Assembly (NCBI GenBank): GCA_045159875.1
Contig: CP067995.1
Span: 640,001 to 704,000 of the forward strand
Length of the DNA: 64,000 bases
DNA from: a cyanobacterium endosymbiont of Rhopalodia gibba
GTDB lineage: Bacteria > Cyanobacteriota > Cyanobacteriia > Cyanobacteriales > Microcystaceae
Direction: 5' to 3'
In this document: positions 1 to 11,107 of the stretch, in pieces
How the letters are laid out: the number at the start of each line of letters is the position of its first letter
How positions within the stretch are numbered: the first letter of the stretch is position 1
Translations under genes and position numbers: made by a program
Notes under the pieces: generated by a model
What the model was told of the DNA's origin: nothing
Databases searched by the model: none
What the model saw: the letters and a program-made list of their open reading frames with translations, nothing else

Positions 1-705
1 AAGTTGATTAAGAGGAAAGCTCATAGAATCAGAAATTTTGTCAGTTTCCAACTCCGAAATTTATTGACCTGGCATTTAATTTAGTTGAATCTACATCATC
101 GGTTTAGTATAAACACAATTTTCAAAGAAATTATGCAATAAGCAGAATAATTACGGGATTATTTAAGAAATACAAGAAAAAGAGCTGAGAAAGTCGTTAA
201 AGTTTATTTATTCCTACTTATCTTTTTATCTTGCCAGTTAATATTATTTAGTTGGTCACAAAAGAGTTGAAAAATTATTAAATACTAGAACTAATCGGTA
301 TCTCAATTCTCAAATGGTTTTGGGGAAAGATTATTATATAATAATAAATCTACTCAAAAAAAAGTTGCAATATTTGAGAGAATATATCAATGAAAGTGCA
401 GAGTATATACGAACTAATTTAAATGTCTTAGGAGAGTACCAACTCCAAGTTATCAATGTTGCCATTAAGAATTAAAGTCATCTCGTTAAGCAGACAATTT
501 TTATCAATGATGCGGTAAAGAATTTTTCGTTACAAAGTAATTTTATGAAGAAACAGATTAAGACGAGAATAAAATTATTATGTTTGGCTCAAAATTTACT
601 CTATCTATGGCTAGTCCATGTAAACTTCAAGGAATTTGACAAAATAGATGATAGAACTAAATAGGCAGTTAATGATTTTCTTAATTATTTAGTCAAGTTA
701 CACTT

Positions 706-1551
706 TTACAAAAAACGACGAACATTTTGTTGATAAACTTGATTGTCTAGACCATCCCCTTGATATGAGCTTTGATCATCAACAGCTCGATTTAATGCTC
801 TCAATCGATCTGATGTAGCTGGGTGGGTACTTAAAAAGTTAGGAACAGAAGATCCATTTTGTTGCATTAATTTCTGCATAAAAGTGACCATTCCAATGGT
901 GGCATATCCAGCCTTTCTTAAGTTTCTTAAGCCTAATCGATCCGCCTCTAATTCAGCCTTTCTGCTGTGAGGAAGATTGAGTCCTAATTGTACTCCTAAT
1001 TGAACAATCCTATTTTCCTTTAAGCCAGCTGCTGACATTAACCCTTGAGAAAGAGCAATATCGCGCATTTGAGTGATAGAATGACGAGCAGTAATATGAG
1101 CAACTTCATGAGCGACTACACTGGCTAATTCAGCTTCATTTTCTGCCGTTGCAATTAACCCAGTGTTAATATAAACAAACCCTCCCATTGTCGCAAAAGC
1201 ATTGATAGATATATCATCAACTACCTGAAAAGTATAAGGAAGGTTAGGACGTTCACTCGCAGGGGCTAACCGTTGTCCAATACGTTCAATAGTTTGATTT
1301 AATTGAGAGTTTTGGGAAATATGGAATTGACCAGAACGGATTAATTCATCATTAATTTGTTGGGCGAGTTTCACTTCTTGGGAATCAGACATGCTAGTTA
1401 ACTGAATTACCTGTACTCCTTGAAAAAGTAAATTCAACCAAGACTGACTATAACTTGGTTGAATATTGGTTAAAATAACAAAGGTTATCACTAATAAAGA
1501 AAGACAAAAATAAACCCAGGAGCGATGAAGACGAGAAAAAACTCTAATCAT
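706..1551 (-). CDS. M48 family zinc metallopeptidase (BepA/YfgC-like) with N-terminal signal/TM segment
   Basis: INAFATMGG, HEVAH (HExxH), ELEAD and FLSTHP motifs typical of peptidase M48. Confidence 0.9.
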   Translation of the reverse strand: MIRVFSRLHRSWVYFCLSLLVITFVILTNIQPSYSQSWLNLLFQGVQVIQLTSMSDSQEVKLAQQINDELIRSGQFHISQNSQLNQTIERIGQRLAPASERPNLPYTFQVVDDISINAFATMGGFVYINTGLIATAENEAELASVVAHEVAHITARHSITQMRDIALSQGLMSAAGLKENRIVQLGVQLGLNLPHSRKAELEADRLGLRNLRKAGYATIGMVTFMQKLMQQNGSSVPNFLSTHPATSDRLRALNRAVDDQSSYQGDGLDNQVYQQNVRRFL

Positions 1552-1752
1552 TTTGACTAAGCTAACAAGTCAGATAAAGTGAAGGAATCAATTATTTTTA
1601 GTATTATTGCTCTTCACTAAGTTAATGGTAGTTCAGGTGTTACACCTACTGTATTGTCTACTCTTGATTTAATCAAGGTAAAATTATGACCACCACTAAT
1701 TTGACCTTTTTTATTTCTTACAATCAACGTTAATGAAAGTCTCACTATTGAT

Positions 1753-2139
1753 ATGAATATTGATAATTGGTTAATTTATAAAGAATTTCGCTTTGAGGCT
1801 GCTCATCGGTTGCCTCACCACAGTGGCAAATGTCACCGTCTTCATGGTCATAGTTGGATAGGACGGGTTTACGTCAAAAGTAATAACCTGATTCAAGAAG
1901 GGGATAAACAGGGTATGGTTATTGACTTTGAAGATATTAAGAAGTATTTAATTCCCCTATTGGAACAGTTCTTGGATCATCACTACCTTAACGAAACTAT
2001 GGAACTAGAAAATCCCACCTGCGAAGTAATCGCCAAATGGATTTTTGAAAAACTTGAATCAGCAGGACTGCAAGGACTGCAAAGAGTAGAAATTCAAGAA
2101 ACTTGCACTGCTGGAGCAAGTTTCACTAAAGGGAATTGA
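1753..2139 (+). CDS. queD: 6-carboxytetrahydropterin synthase (PTPS family)
   Basis: FEAAHRLP, C-x3-HGHS, LDHHYLN, NPTCE, ET motifs. Confidence 0.92.
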   Translation: MNIDNWLIYKEFRFEAAHRLPHHSGKCHRLHGHSWIGRVYVKSNNLIQEGDKQGMVIDFEDIKKYLIPLLEQFLDHHYLNETMELENPTCEVIAKWIFEKLESAGLQGLQRVEIQETCTAGASFTKGN

Positions 2140-2627
2140 CTCAACCAATAGTTAAGATTGCTAATTGGTTTAGCTTGATAAAGAAATAGGTTTAACTACT
2201 ATCAAAAATTTTTCTCTTGTGTTTGTGTTATTCAGTTGCTGATTATTTTACATTATTTTTGATTTTTTTACTCATATTTCTTCACTAGAAATAGTCCTCT
2301 ACTGTGATAAAATACTAGAAATTAAAGAAGGATTGAATAATTCTTTAATTCAGTTAGTTAACTCTATATCTCCAAGCTCAAGAATTGGTGTCAGAAAGTT
2401 CTTTATTTTTCTAACCTCTAGTCTGTTTAGCTGAAAAACAATTTATAAGACAAAATTATAGATAGCTACGAAAGGACAACGAGATGCACTTGTTGAAGGT
2501 TTATTAAATACATTAATCAATGAGTTATCTTCAACATTCACACAAAGATTGACGATTAAGCTAAGCAATATGGAGCATACAAAAATAATCAAATTAGAAC
2601 AAACATTCCAACTAAGTACTTTTCTAG

Positions 2628-2918
2628 CTATCTAAGTCTAAAGTGCAGATAATTTTCTATATTCTGGCCTTTTCTCTTCTTACTAGCTAATTCTAAATGA
2701 GGGGCAAAATACTTCCTATCAAAGACAATTTGTGCGTTACTCTTAAAAGTAAAAGTAGATGTAGTGCAATACAATTGACAAAAAGTTTTTGGAGGAATTA
2801 CTGGGGAGGACAGAAGATAAAGTCTACGAAGAGAGCTAGATAGCAAGAAGTTAAGAAAATCCCAACAGCCACACAAGAGATTCAATTGTAGACTAGATAC
2901 AGGAAGTTTTAACGTCAA
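2628..2918 (-). pseudogene. Possible decayed RimI-like acetyltransferase remnant
   Basis: Weak similarity only (GCWDFL ~ GCFWAIL; LELASKKRKG ~ FELAGKRKGY). It sits next to lysA-cdaA-uppS, where rimI often lies in cyanobacteria. Confidence 0.25.
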
Positions 2919-3032
2919 TTAGATTATAAATCTCTGGGAGGTTTGTGCGAGGAGACGCTTGTTGAATTTCTTCCTTTAGTCTTACTTAAGACTAGACTTT
3001 AAATATTAATACCCATCGATCAACCGTGAACT

Positions 3033-4457
3033 ATGTTATCGACAGAGCAAAGGAAAAGCCATTCAGGGCAAGACTATTTAGAGAAAGAAACTCTAGAACA
3101 GGGTGAGCGCTCACCAAACCAGTCATTATTCCCCCTGACTGCCAAGATCAATAATCATAATTGCTTAGAAATTGGCGGTTGCGATCTTAAGACCCTAGTT
3201 AAACAATTTGGTTCTCCTCTTTATGTTCTCGATGAAGCAACACTCCGAAGTGCTTGTCGTCAATATAGAGAAGCTTTTAACCGTCACTATCAAGGACCTT
3301 CTCAAGTCATTTATGCCTCCAAAGCTTGGAGTTGCTTAGCCATTGCCAGTATTGTTGCTAGTGAAGGGTTAGGTTTTGATGTTGTATCGGGGGGAGAACT
3401 GTATACTACCATCAATGCTTTAGAGAAAATGGGACGTACCTCTGAACAAATTGCCCAACAAATTTACTTTCATGGCAATAATAAGTCTCTTGCAGAACTT
3501 AAACTAGCTCTTGAGGTTAATTGCACTATTGTTGTTGATAATTGGCTCGAATTAGAAACTCTAGCTAAATTAGACGATCGAACTGCTTCCATGCGTATTC
3601 CCATCCTCGTGCGCTTAGCTCCAGGAATTGAATGTCATACCCATGAGTATATTCGTACAGGACATCTAGACAGTAAATTTGGCTTTGATATCCACCAACT
3701 TGATACCGTTTTCAGCTATATTAGTCAGCACTCATGCTTTGATTGCCGAGGGTTGCATGCCCATATTGGCTCTCAAATTTTTGAAGAACAACCCCATCAA
3801 GACTTAGGAGAAGTTATGGTGGAGTTACTTCAAAAAGCCCAAAGTTATGGATTAGTCTTACAAGAATTAAATATTGGCGGAGGTTTGGGCATTCGCTATA
3901 TGGAAGATGACAATCCCCCTAGTATAGAACAATGGGTTAAAGGAGTGAGTCGATCCGTAATGAAAGCCTGTGATGGTTATCAATTAACCTACCCTAAACT
4001 CATCGCTGAACCTGGACGTTCTTTGGTAGGATCAGCCTGTGTCACTGCCTATACTATAGGCAGTCGAAAAGAAATTCCTCAACTGCGAACCTATATCGCT
4101 GTAGATGGTGGAATGTCTGATAATCCTCGTCCCATTACCTACCAATCGCTCTATTGTCTGGTAGTAGCTAATAGAATGTTAGAACCTTACACGGAAACTG
4201 TCACTATCGCGGGCAAACACTGTGAGTCTGGGGACATTCTGATTAAGAATACTCAGTTGCCTCAAACCCAACCAGGGGATATTCTGGTAGTGATGGGAAC
4301 AGGAGCCTATAACTATAGTATGGCTTCTAATTACAATCGTCTTCCTAGACCAGCTGCTGTCTTAGTCAAAGATGGAGAAGCTAATCTAGTGATCAAACGA
4401 GAAACCCATGATGACCTAATTCGTCAAGATCGCCTCCCTGAAAGGCTACTGTCTTAA
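3033..4457 (+). CDS. lysA: Diaminopimelate decarboxylase
   Basis: YASKA PLP lysine, HIGSQ, EPGRS, KHCESGD, GAYNYSMASNYN. Confidence 0.97.
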   Translation: MLSTEQRKSHSGQDYLEKETLEQGERSPNQSLFPLTAKINNHNCLEIGGCDLKTLVKQFGSPLYVLDEATLRSACRQYREAFNRHYQGPSQVIYASKAWSCLAIASIVASEGLGFDVVSGGELYTTINALEKMGRTSEQIAQQIYFHGNNKSLAELKLALEVNCTIVVDNWLELETLAKLDDRTASMRIPILVRLAPGIECHTHEYIRTGHLDSKFGFDIHQLDTVFSYISQHSCFDCRGLHAHIGSQIFEEQPHQDLGEVMVELLQKAQSYGLVLQELNIGGGLGIRYMEDDNPPSIEQWVKGVSRSVMKACDGYQLTYPKLIAEPGRSLVGSACVTAYTIGSRKEIPQLRTYIAVDGGMSDNPRPITYQSLYCLVVANRMLEPYTETVTIAGKHCESGDILIKNTQLPQTQPGDILVVMGTGAYNYSMASNYNRLPRPAAVLVKDGEANLVIKRETHDDLIRQDRLPERLLS

Positions 4458-4514
4458 TTAAGTCCTTCATTGCTTGTTATTTTGATTGCTCCTTAATCTC
4501 TACCATCCTCCATC

Positions 4515-5411
4515 ATGTCGGGTGATACTCCTGGCCCTCGCTGGATACCCTCTGGGCTAATCCACAATGGCATTGATATTGCATTGGTGCTACTGTTGAC
4601 TTATTTAATTCTTCTCGCCATTGGGGAACGTCGTACTCTTTGGATAGTGCGAGGGCTAATTATTTTAATGCTGGCACAAGTGCTCAGCCAAAGGCTCCAA
4701 CTTAGGCTGCTCGAAGTTGTCCTGGATAAATTAGTGTTGGGGGCTGCCGTTGCTATGGCAGTAATTTTTCAGGGAGAATTCCGACGATTTCTTGAATTAT
4801 TGGGACGTGGACAAATGCTGCAATTATTTCAACGACGACGTCCAACTCCCAAGCCTGATAGTGTAGTTGATGAAATTGTTGATGCGGTCAAAGAACTCTC
4901 TCAAAATAGAACAGGAGCATTAATGGTTCTAGAAACAATCGCTTCTGTGGATACGAGAGTATTTGTGAATCCAGGAGTTCCCCTCAATGGTGAAGTATCG
5001 AAAGAATTACTTCAGACAATTTTTCAGCCGAAAACTCTCTTACACGATGGAGCCATTTTTATTCGCGGGTCGCGTATTGTCTCAGCAGGAGTGATTTTAC
5101 CCCTATCCGAACGAACTGCCCATCGACAATTAGGAACCCGACACCGATCAGCAATGGGCATTACAGAACGGGTTGGTAATTGTTTATGTGTAGTAGTCTC
5201 TGAGGAAACAGGCTCGATTTCTTTAGCCCAAGGTGGAACGCTTGATCGTCCCCTAACTAGTAGTAAGTTAAAAGAACTTCTCGAGGAAAAATTCTCTCTA
5301 CTTGTCGAACGAGAGTCTGTAGCACCTGGTTTAGGACTTGTCGGTCGTACTCTTGGCTCACAAATACGGAACTTGCTTGCTTCTTCGAGGTCTCAAAATA
5401 ATCGGAAGTGA
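4515..5411 (+). CDS. cdaA: Diadenylate cyclase (c-di-AMP synthase) with N-terminal TM helices
   Basis: HDGA and GTRHRSA catalytic motifs, VSEETG; lysA-cdaA-uppS synteny. Confidence 0.95.
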   Translation: MSGDTPGPRWIPSGLIHNGIDIALVLLLTYLILLAIGERRTLWIVRGLIILMLAQVLSQRLQLRLLEVVLDKLVLGAAVAMAVIFQGEFRRFLELLGRGQMLQLFQRRRPTPKPDSVVDEIVDAVKELSQNRTGALMVLETIASVDTRVFVNPGVPLNGEVSKELLQTIFQPKTLLHDGAIFIRGSRIVSAGVILPLSERTAHRQLGTRHRSAMGITERVGNCLCVVVSEETGSISLAQGGTLDRPLTSSKLKELLEEKFSLLVERESVAPGLGLVGRTLGSQIRNLLASSRSQNNRK

Positions 5412-6399
5412 GGGTAACTGATAAGTTAGTAATATCCAACAATTGAATTCTACCCAATCTATCAAATAAAACCCTAATATTAACGTCTTGAAAGTATTAT
5501 ATAGGATTTTAATAGTCTGCCTGTTATTAACATGCCAAATAAGGCTATGTTGGAATCTTATAGCTTTCTAGCATCAAAAGTTCAGTTAAGTCAAGAATCA
5601 TTTCTAATAATTGATAAAATTTCAACTAACAGGTACAAGTAAACAAACTTATATAGTATCAATACCTAAATCCGCAAACTTGATAGTTGTGGTTAGACCA
5701 AATTGATGATGTAAAATCAACCAATAAAATACCAAGTTAGGAAATATTTAAGTTAAATATTAATGAATTTTCTGATGGTATAAGCTCTTCTTTAAATTAA
5801 CTTCAATTTAATTTTTTTTTTGATTTTATTACTCGCTTTAGTGTTAACTAATTTTATTAGATGCAGTTTATCAGTAATTATTTAACAACTTATCCGCCAC
5901 TACTTAAATTTAAGGTATTGGTTTATCAACTCTAATATTAGAAAATATATCAAATATATATTAATTTTTTCAAATGTTAGTTAAACTTATAACTATTCTA
6001 GCTTAAATCCAATTATAGAAATTTATTGATTTATAATAAAAATCAAATAATTAAAATAAAAACGACGTTTAAAATAAATTATTTAGCTATACTACTTTAA
6101 TTAGAGTAAAAAATACTTAAAAAATATAATAATTTTGAAAAAACCAGTTAATAAATTTAATAAAAATAATTTAAGTCAAAGAGAACAAAGTAACTTTAAC
6201 TTATAAACTAGTTAAAGAATTAGTCCATTAATTAAAATTAAGGCTAGCAGATAGATAAATATTGAAAATAACTTGTTGGATAGAAACAAAATAAAAAATT
6301 CTAGGATTTTAAAAAAATTAGATTGCTTCAAAAAGCTCAGATTCTTTTGTAGGAGTTAAAGACTAAAATATAGAAAAGAAAGATTGATTAAAATTAATA

Positions 6400-6850
6400 T
6401 TAAAAATTAAAAATAGTTTTATGATAAACTTTAAATAGAATTAAAGCTGATCAATGATAAAAGTTTAGAGTATCATTTGATAATGATTAATTGCTATAGT
6501 AAATTAGTGCTATTAATATCATATATGTATAGTTTTATTAAATTAATAAACTAAAAAAACTTATTTAGTTAAACATTTAAGTTAAATATAAAACAGCCGA
6601 ATTTAAGCAATAAATATCTGACTAAAAATATAGAGGAAATCTATAAAAATATTTTTACTGTAAGATACAATTATATTGTTTGTTACAAAAAGAGAAAAGT
6701 GTCTTTAGTAATTCTTAGAGAAGCCAGCATACTTTCCATAATTAGAGTTAACAGAAAGACGATGGACGTTAATAGATAAACTTTAAGTTTATGAGTTTTT
6801 TAGAGTGAAGATCTGGCTATTAAATTTAGTATTATTACCACTTCAGGTGT
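6400..6850 (+). mobile_element. Heavily decayed IS630-family transposase remnant (boundaries approximate)
   Basis: 6715-6783 translates LEKPAYFP*LELTERRWTLIDKL, resembling the IS630 C-terminal LPPYSPELQPAERLW motif; upstream YMYSFI ~ WLYGFV. Confidence 0.45.
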
Positions 6851-7650
6851 TCTTGTTTATATAGTTACTACTCTCACTCTTTTTAAGAACTATTTAATAT
6901 TTTTTGTATTAGATATTTCAGTATTTTACTTGTAAAAGTTTGACCTCTTTGGGAATTTAGTCCACATTGATTACATTTGATTTGAAAACGATTAATCTTG
7001 AGATGGATATCTTTCTTTATTTAAGGAAAATTTTTAATAGTCAGTTGATTATTTTAATGAAGTTTTCTAAATAGCTAAAACATAATTAATACAAGTTATT
7101 TATTAATCTCTTTTTACAAAAAAAACTATTACTATCCCATTTAAAATCTAATCACTAGTAATAGTTAGTTCTTCTAAATTTAGAATCTCATTCATTAGAC
7201 TCAGTTGAGCATTTGATGCCATAGATTAAGTATAAATTAGATAAAAATATTGAGTTCAGCATAACTTAATCAAAAGACAAGGTCTGCCAGAGTACTGTCT
7301 GTATAATAATTATGGCTTTTGACAAGCCTATTGTCGATAATCAAACTTTGTCTTTATGCTTGTAATTTGTACATGATAGGTTTAGTATAACCATACTTGT
7401 CAGCCAAAAAAACTTAAGCCACTATGATAATATACTATGGAAAAGCATCATGGGCTAGTCTAAAATAATCGCCATTACCATTATGGTAAATCCATAAAAA
7501 TAGATCAAAGTAAAATAGTTGACAATATGGCAGAAAGCAAATTGGTAATAAAGAATAACTTATTCTATATAAATTACGTAGACACACCCCTCAAAATGTT
7601 TTTCGAAGTACGAGGAAATAAAATTCTATACAATAAATTGCCAGATAATA

Positions 7651-8400
7651 ATGACTCTTAAATTCATTGTCTCAAAGGATTTACCCACCGATCTCGATCA
7701 GGTCCGTCTTCCTAAACACGTAGCGATAATAATGGATGGTAATGGACGCTGGGCTAAGCGTCGCGGACTTCCTCGTATGATGGGACATCAAAGAGGTGTT
7801 GATACCCTTAAAGATTTACTTCGTTGTTGTCGTGACTGGAAAATTCCTGCATTGACTGCTTATGCTTTTTCGACGGAAAATTGGGGAAGACCTCTTGAAG
7901 AAGTAGAATTTTTGATGACTCTATTTGAACGAGTGTTACGTCGTGAACTGCGAGAAATGATGGAGGAAAACGTTAGAATCTCTTTTGTAGGAAATTTAGA
8001 AGTTCTTCCTCCTTCCTTGCAATTAGAGATCACGCGTTCTATGAACGATACTCAAGACAATACAGGGATTCAATTTACAGTGGCTACCAATTATGGTGGT
8101 CGTCAAGAGATTATCCAGGCTTGTCAGGCAATTGCTATTCAAATCCAAAAAGGTCTTTTAGTACCAGAAGAAATTAATGAATCTCTATTTGAACGCCATT
8201 TATATACTTCGGGAATTACTCACCCCGATCTTTTAATTCGTACCAGTGGGGAAATGCGAATTAGTAATTTTCTCCTTTGGCAATTAGCCTATGCTGAAAT
8301 CTATGTTACTCAAACCTTATGGCCAGATTTTAATCGAGAGGAGTTTTATAAAGCTTTATTAGCTTATCAAAAAAGAGAACGGCGATTTGGAAAAGTTTAG
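7651..8400 (+). CDS. uppS: Undecaprenyl diphosphate synthase (isoprenyl transferase)
   Basis: [43 protein letters not shown]. Confidence 0.97.
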   Translation: MTLKFIVSKDLPTDLDQVRLPKHVAIIMDGNGRWAKRRGLPRMMGHQRGVDTLKDLLRCCRDWKIPALTAYAFSTENWGRPLEEVEFLMTLFERVLRRELREMMEENVRISFVGNLEVLPPSLQLEITRSMNDTQDNTGIQFTVATNYGGRQEIIQACQAIAIQIQKGLLVPEEINESLFERHLYTSGITHPDLLIRTSGEMRISNFLLWQLAYAEIYVTQTLWPDFNREEFYKALLAYQKRERRFGKV

Positions 8401-8482
8401 TTCGAGTACAAGAGTTTTATCTCTAGTGAAAATACTATATCTAGTTTATAGTAACTGCAGGGTGTTCGTTATTTAATTACTT

Positions 8483-8839
8483 ATGTTAACTTCTCGTCAG
8501 TATAAACAAAATCCTATTGAAGTGATCAAACATCTTTCTAAACTCTCAGAATCTGAGCGAATAGAAGCTGAGCAGAAGAAAAATATACTAATTTTAATAG
8601 AAAATTTAATAGAAAGAGAAGAGGCAACTTTTAAGATGATTATTGATTGTCTTTATGATGTTGGTTCAGTAAACTTAATCAATAAGAAGTTTTCTATTTG
8701 TCCCTTTAATCAAATAATGAAACTAATCGCTAAGTTTTCTAGACCTGGATTTCGCTTCATTGCCTTTCATTGGGTTCATAAAAATACCCCTAAATTAATT
8801 ACTAATTGGCTTTTAAAAAAAGTGAATAGATTAGGATAA
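8483..8839 (+). CDS. Conserved cyanobacterial hypothetical protein
   Basis: Intact 118-aa ORF; REEAT..IIDCLYDVGSVNLIN and C-terminal PKLITNWL look like a conserved cyanobacterial family. Confidence 0.7.
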   Translation: MLTSRQYKQNPIEVIKHLSKLSESERIEAEQKKNILILIENLIEREEATFKMIIDCLYDVGSVNLINKKFSICPFNQIMKLIAKFSRPGFRFIAFHWVHKNTPKLITNWLLKKVNRLG

Positions 8840-8867
8840 TTATTGTTAATTGTAAATTTCTTATTTT

Positions 8868-9374
8868 TCATTCAACTTGTTGTCGTCGTTTTGCAAACCA
8901 TTTTTGTAACTGTTGACGACATTCGTCTTCATAGATACCTGAAATAACGGCTAAACGATGGTTAGAACAGTAACTATCGGGCAAATTCAGTACTGTGCGA
9001 ATAGTTCCTGACTTGGGATCGTCACATCCATAAACGAGTAATCCTAAGCGAGATTGAATAATTGCCCCGGTACACATAGAACAGGGTTCAAGAGTGACGT
9101 AGAGTGTACAGTCCTTTAAGTTCCAAGTATGCAATGTTTTAGCAGCAATGCGGATAGCCATAATTTCTGCATGGGCAGTAGGATCCTGCTCTGTTTCTTT
9201 GCGATTAGCTGCCTGGGCGACCAAATTCCCCTTACCATCAACAATAATAGCTCCTACGGGAACTTCTCCCATTTCTCCCGCTTCTTGACCAAGAGTGAGT
9301 GCCTTTGCTATCCAGTAACGATGAGTGTGATAAGGAGTTTGAGTGAGCAATTGAAGCAACGGAATGAGAAACAC
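8868..9374 (-). CDS. tadA: tRNA adenosine(34) deaminase
   Basis: GEVPVGA, DPTAHAE, TLEPCSMC, DPKSG; start uncertain. Confidence 0.93.
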   Translation of the reverse strand: MFLIPLLQLLTQTPYHTHRYWIAKALTLGQEAGEMGEVPVGAIIVDGKGNLVAQAANRKETEQDPTAHAEIMAIRIAAKTLHTWNLKDCTLYVTLEPCSMCTGAIIQSRLGLLVYGCDDPKSGTIRTVLNLPDSYCSNHRLAVISGIYEDECRQQLQKWFAKRRQQVE

Positions 9375-9840
9375 AAAAATGGAGAATAAAAAAAGACAAA
9401 GATAGGCAAAAACTCAAGTTGTTTTAAGAAGTATTTAAACAGCTTGAATAAACTTAAACGTCTACCAACTTAGAGCTTAACCATTGAAGAGCAGTTCAAC
9501 AGTATTTTTTTCAGACATACTGCTATTGTAAAATCATACGGCTGAGTTTGAACAGCGTGAGCTTCCTATTCTAAATCTTTATGATGAACATTGATAAATC
9601 TTTTAAGACAAGACAATACTTAATTCATAAGTTGAGTGTTTGACATTAACAAATTTATGGTTCCTTAATCTGAACAAATTTATACTGTATAAAGTAATTC
9701 ATAGATTTGATTTTTAAAAAACAATATTTAGGTAAAAAATACTAGATAAATTCAAGTTTTATTCGGAGTTATATATAATAAGCTGTGGTTTCCTCCTTTA
9801 GGTCAAAGTTTTATTGAATAGAATAAGGACTAAATTATCT

Positions 9841-11076
9841 TTAATTAAAGATAACTGGCGGTAGGTTTAAAGACTTTATTTCTGCTTTTGATGAGCCCGA
9901 ATTACGGTTCAATTTAGGAGGTAAACCTTGATTGTGTGAAGATAAAGGCTCAGTTAGTGTTTGAGTATATTTAGGAGTGATTGGTAATTCAATAGCTGTA
10001 GATTTTGTCTTAGTTCTTCCTATCACTTTGAATTCAAATTGATGAGAAGATTTATGTTCAGTATTAAATAATTCAATAGTATAATTAACTGGGTAGTGCT
10101 CCCTACTATAAATCTGAAAGAGGTGGTGAGTAATAGTAACTCCTGTCATGGTTTGTAGTAAAACTTCTCCTGATAAATAAGGAAGATTTTCTAACTTGTC
10201 AGGAATAGCTAATGTTTGATTAAATGTATAGGGTAGAGTTTTATCGAAAAGACTACAATCTATTTTCATAATTATCTCATCAGTATAAGGATGTCTTAAT
10301 TGATAGCAAAGTTGAGCCGTTAAGGCTAATTCTTTTTCAGAACTTTGCACTTTAATTTTTCCTGAAATGGTAATGTATTCACCAGGATTGCCTTGAAATG
10401 TATCTTGCTCTAGAATAAGCTCAAGAGTTTGTGCCGTTATTTTGTCTGATGAAGATAACTTAAGAAAATTCTCTAAACTCTGTTGATAATCTGTCTCATA
10501 GTTATCGGTCAATGGCTTTACTTTCTCTTGTACCAATTTTTCCAATTGATGTAGATAAAGCTGGGCTATCTCATTAGAGGAGTCGTCAATGTAGGGAGTT
10601 TCGCAAATTTCCAATTTATTGGAATGCTTAGACTGAGACAAGTTTTTTGTTTCTTCCTCTATAGAAATATTATTAATGGGACCTCTAAAACAGTTGATTT
10701 GTGCATCAAAAAAATTTCGGTTAGTCACAGGCTCTAAAATCTGAAGTTGCAGAGTTTTCTGCCAAGTTTCACCAAGTAATTCTGACATAATATCGTTACG
10801 ACAGCGTATTTTCCAAATTCCAGTAGATAATTCTTTAAATGAAAAAATCATCACTAACCCCTGTAAATTCACGTGACGACAATAATGTTGAGTATTATGG
10901 GGGGAATCTTCACCAGTTGAAGTTTGGTGACTAATGCGAACTTCAAGATCACTATCAAGGCGATTAGACTTAGCAAGAAGACGATAAACACCAGGTTCAA
11001 TTTCGAAGGTTGATGTGGGAATAGAAACCCATTGATGATCGCCTTCTTTTTGAATCAGAAATTCCCAAGGTTTCAT
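9841..11076 (-). CDS. Conserved cyanobacterial hypothetical protein
   Basis: Long open frame; likely start is the ATG at 11076 (MKPWEFLIQKEGD), just downstream of the hisS stop, rather than the ORF-track start overlapping hisS. Confidence 0.75.
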   Translation of the reverse strand: MKPWEFLIQKEGDHQWVSIPTSTFEIEPGVYRLLAKSNRLDSDLEVRISHQTSTGEDSPHNTQHYCRHVNLQGLVMIFSFKELSTGIWKIRCRNDIMSELLGETWQKTLQLQILEPVTNRNFFDAQINCFRGPINNISIEEETKNLSQSKHSNKLEICETPYIDDSSNEIAQLYLHQLEKLVQEKVKPLTDNYETDYQQSLENFLKLSSSDKITAQTLELILEQDTFQGNPGEYITISGKIKVQSSEKELALTAQLCYQLRHPYTDEIIMKIDCSLFDKTLPYTFNQTLAIPDKLENLPYLSGEVLLQTMTGVTITHHLFQIYSREHYPVNYTIELFNTEHKSSHQFEFKVIGRTKTKSTAIELPITPKYTQTLTEPLSSHNQGLPPKLNRNSGSSKAEIKSLNLPPVIFN

Positions 11077-11107
11077 TGCTACTTGCTCTATATAGTTACC
11101 TTTTTGT

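Noticed and set aside
1..660. Possible decayed sigma-70-like gene
   Set aside because: Only LREYI and a few residues are suggestive; too eroded to support
7267..7356. Long-range stem AAAGACAAGGT..ACTTTGTCTTT as a c-di-AMP riboswitch
   Set aside because: Lacks ydaO consensus elements
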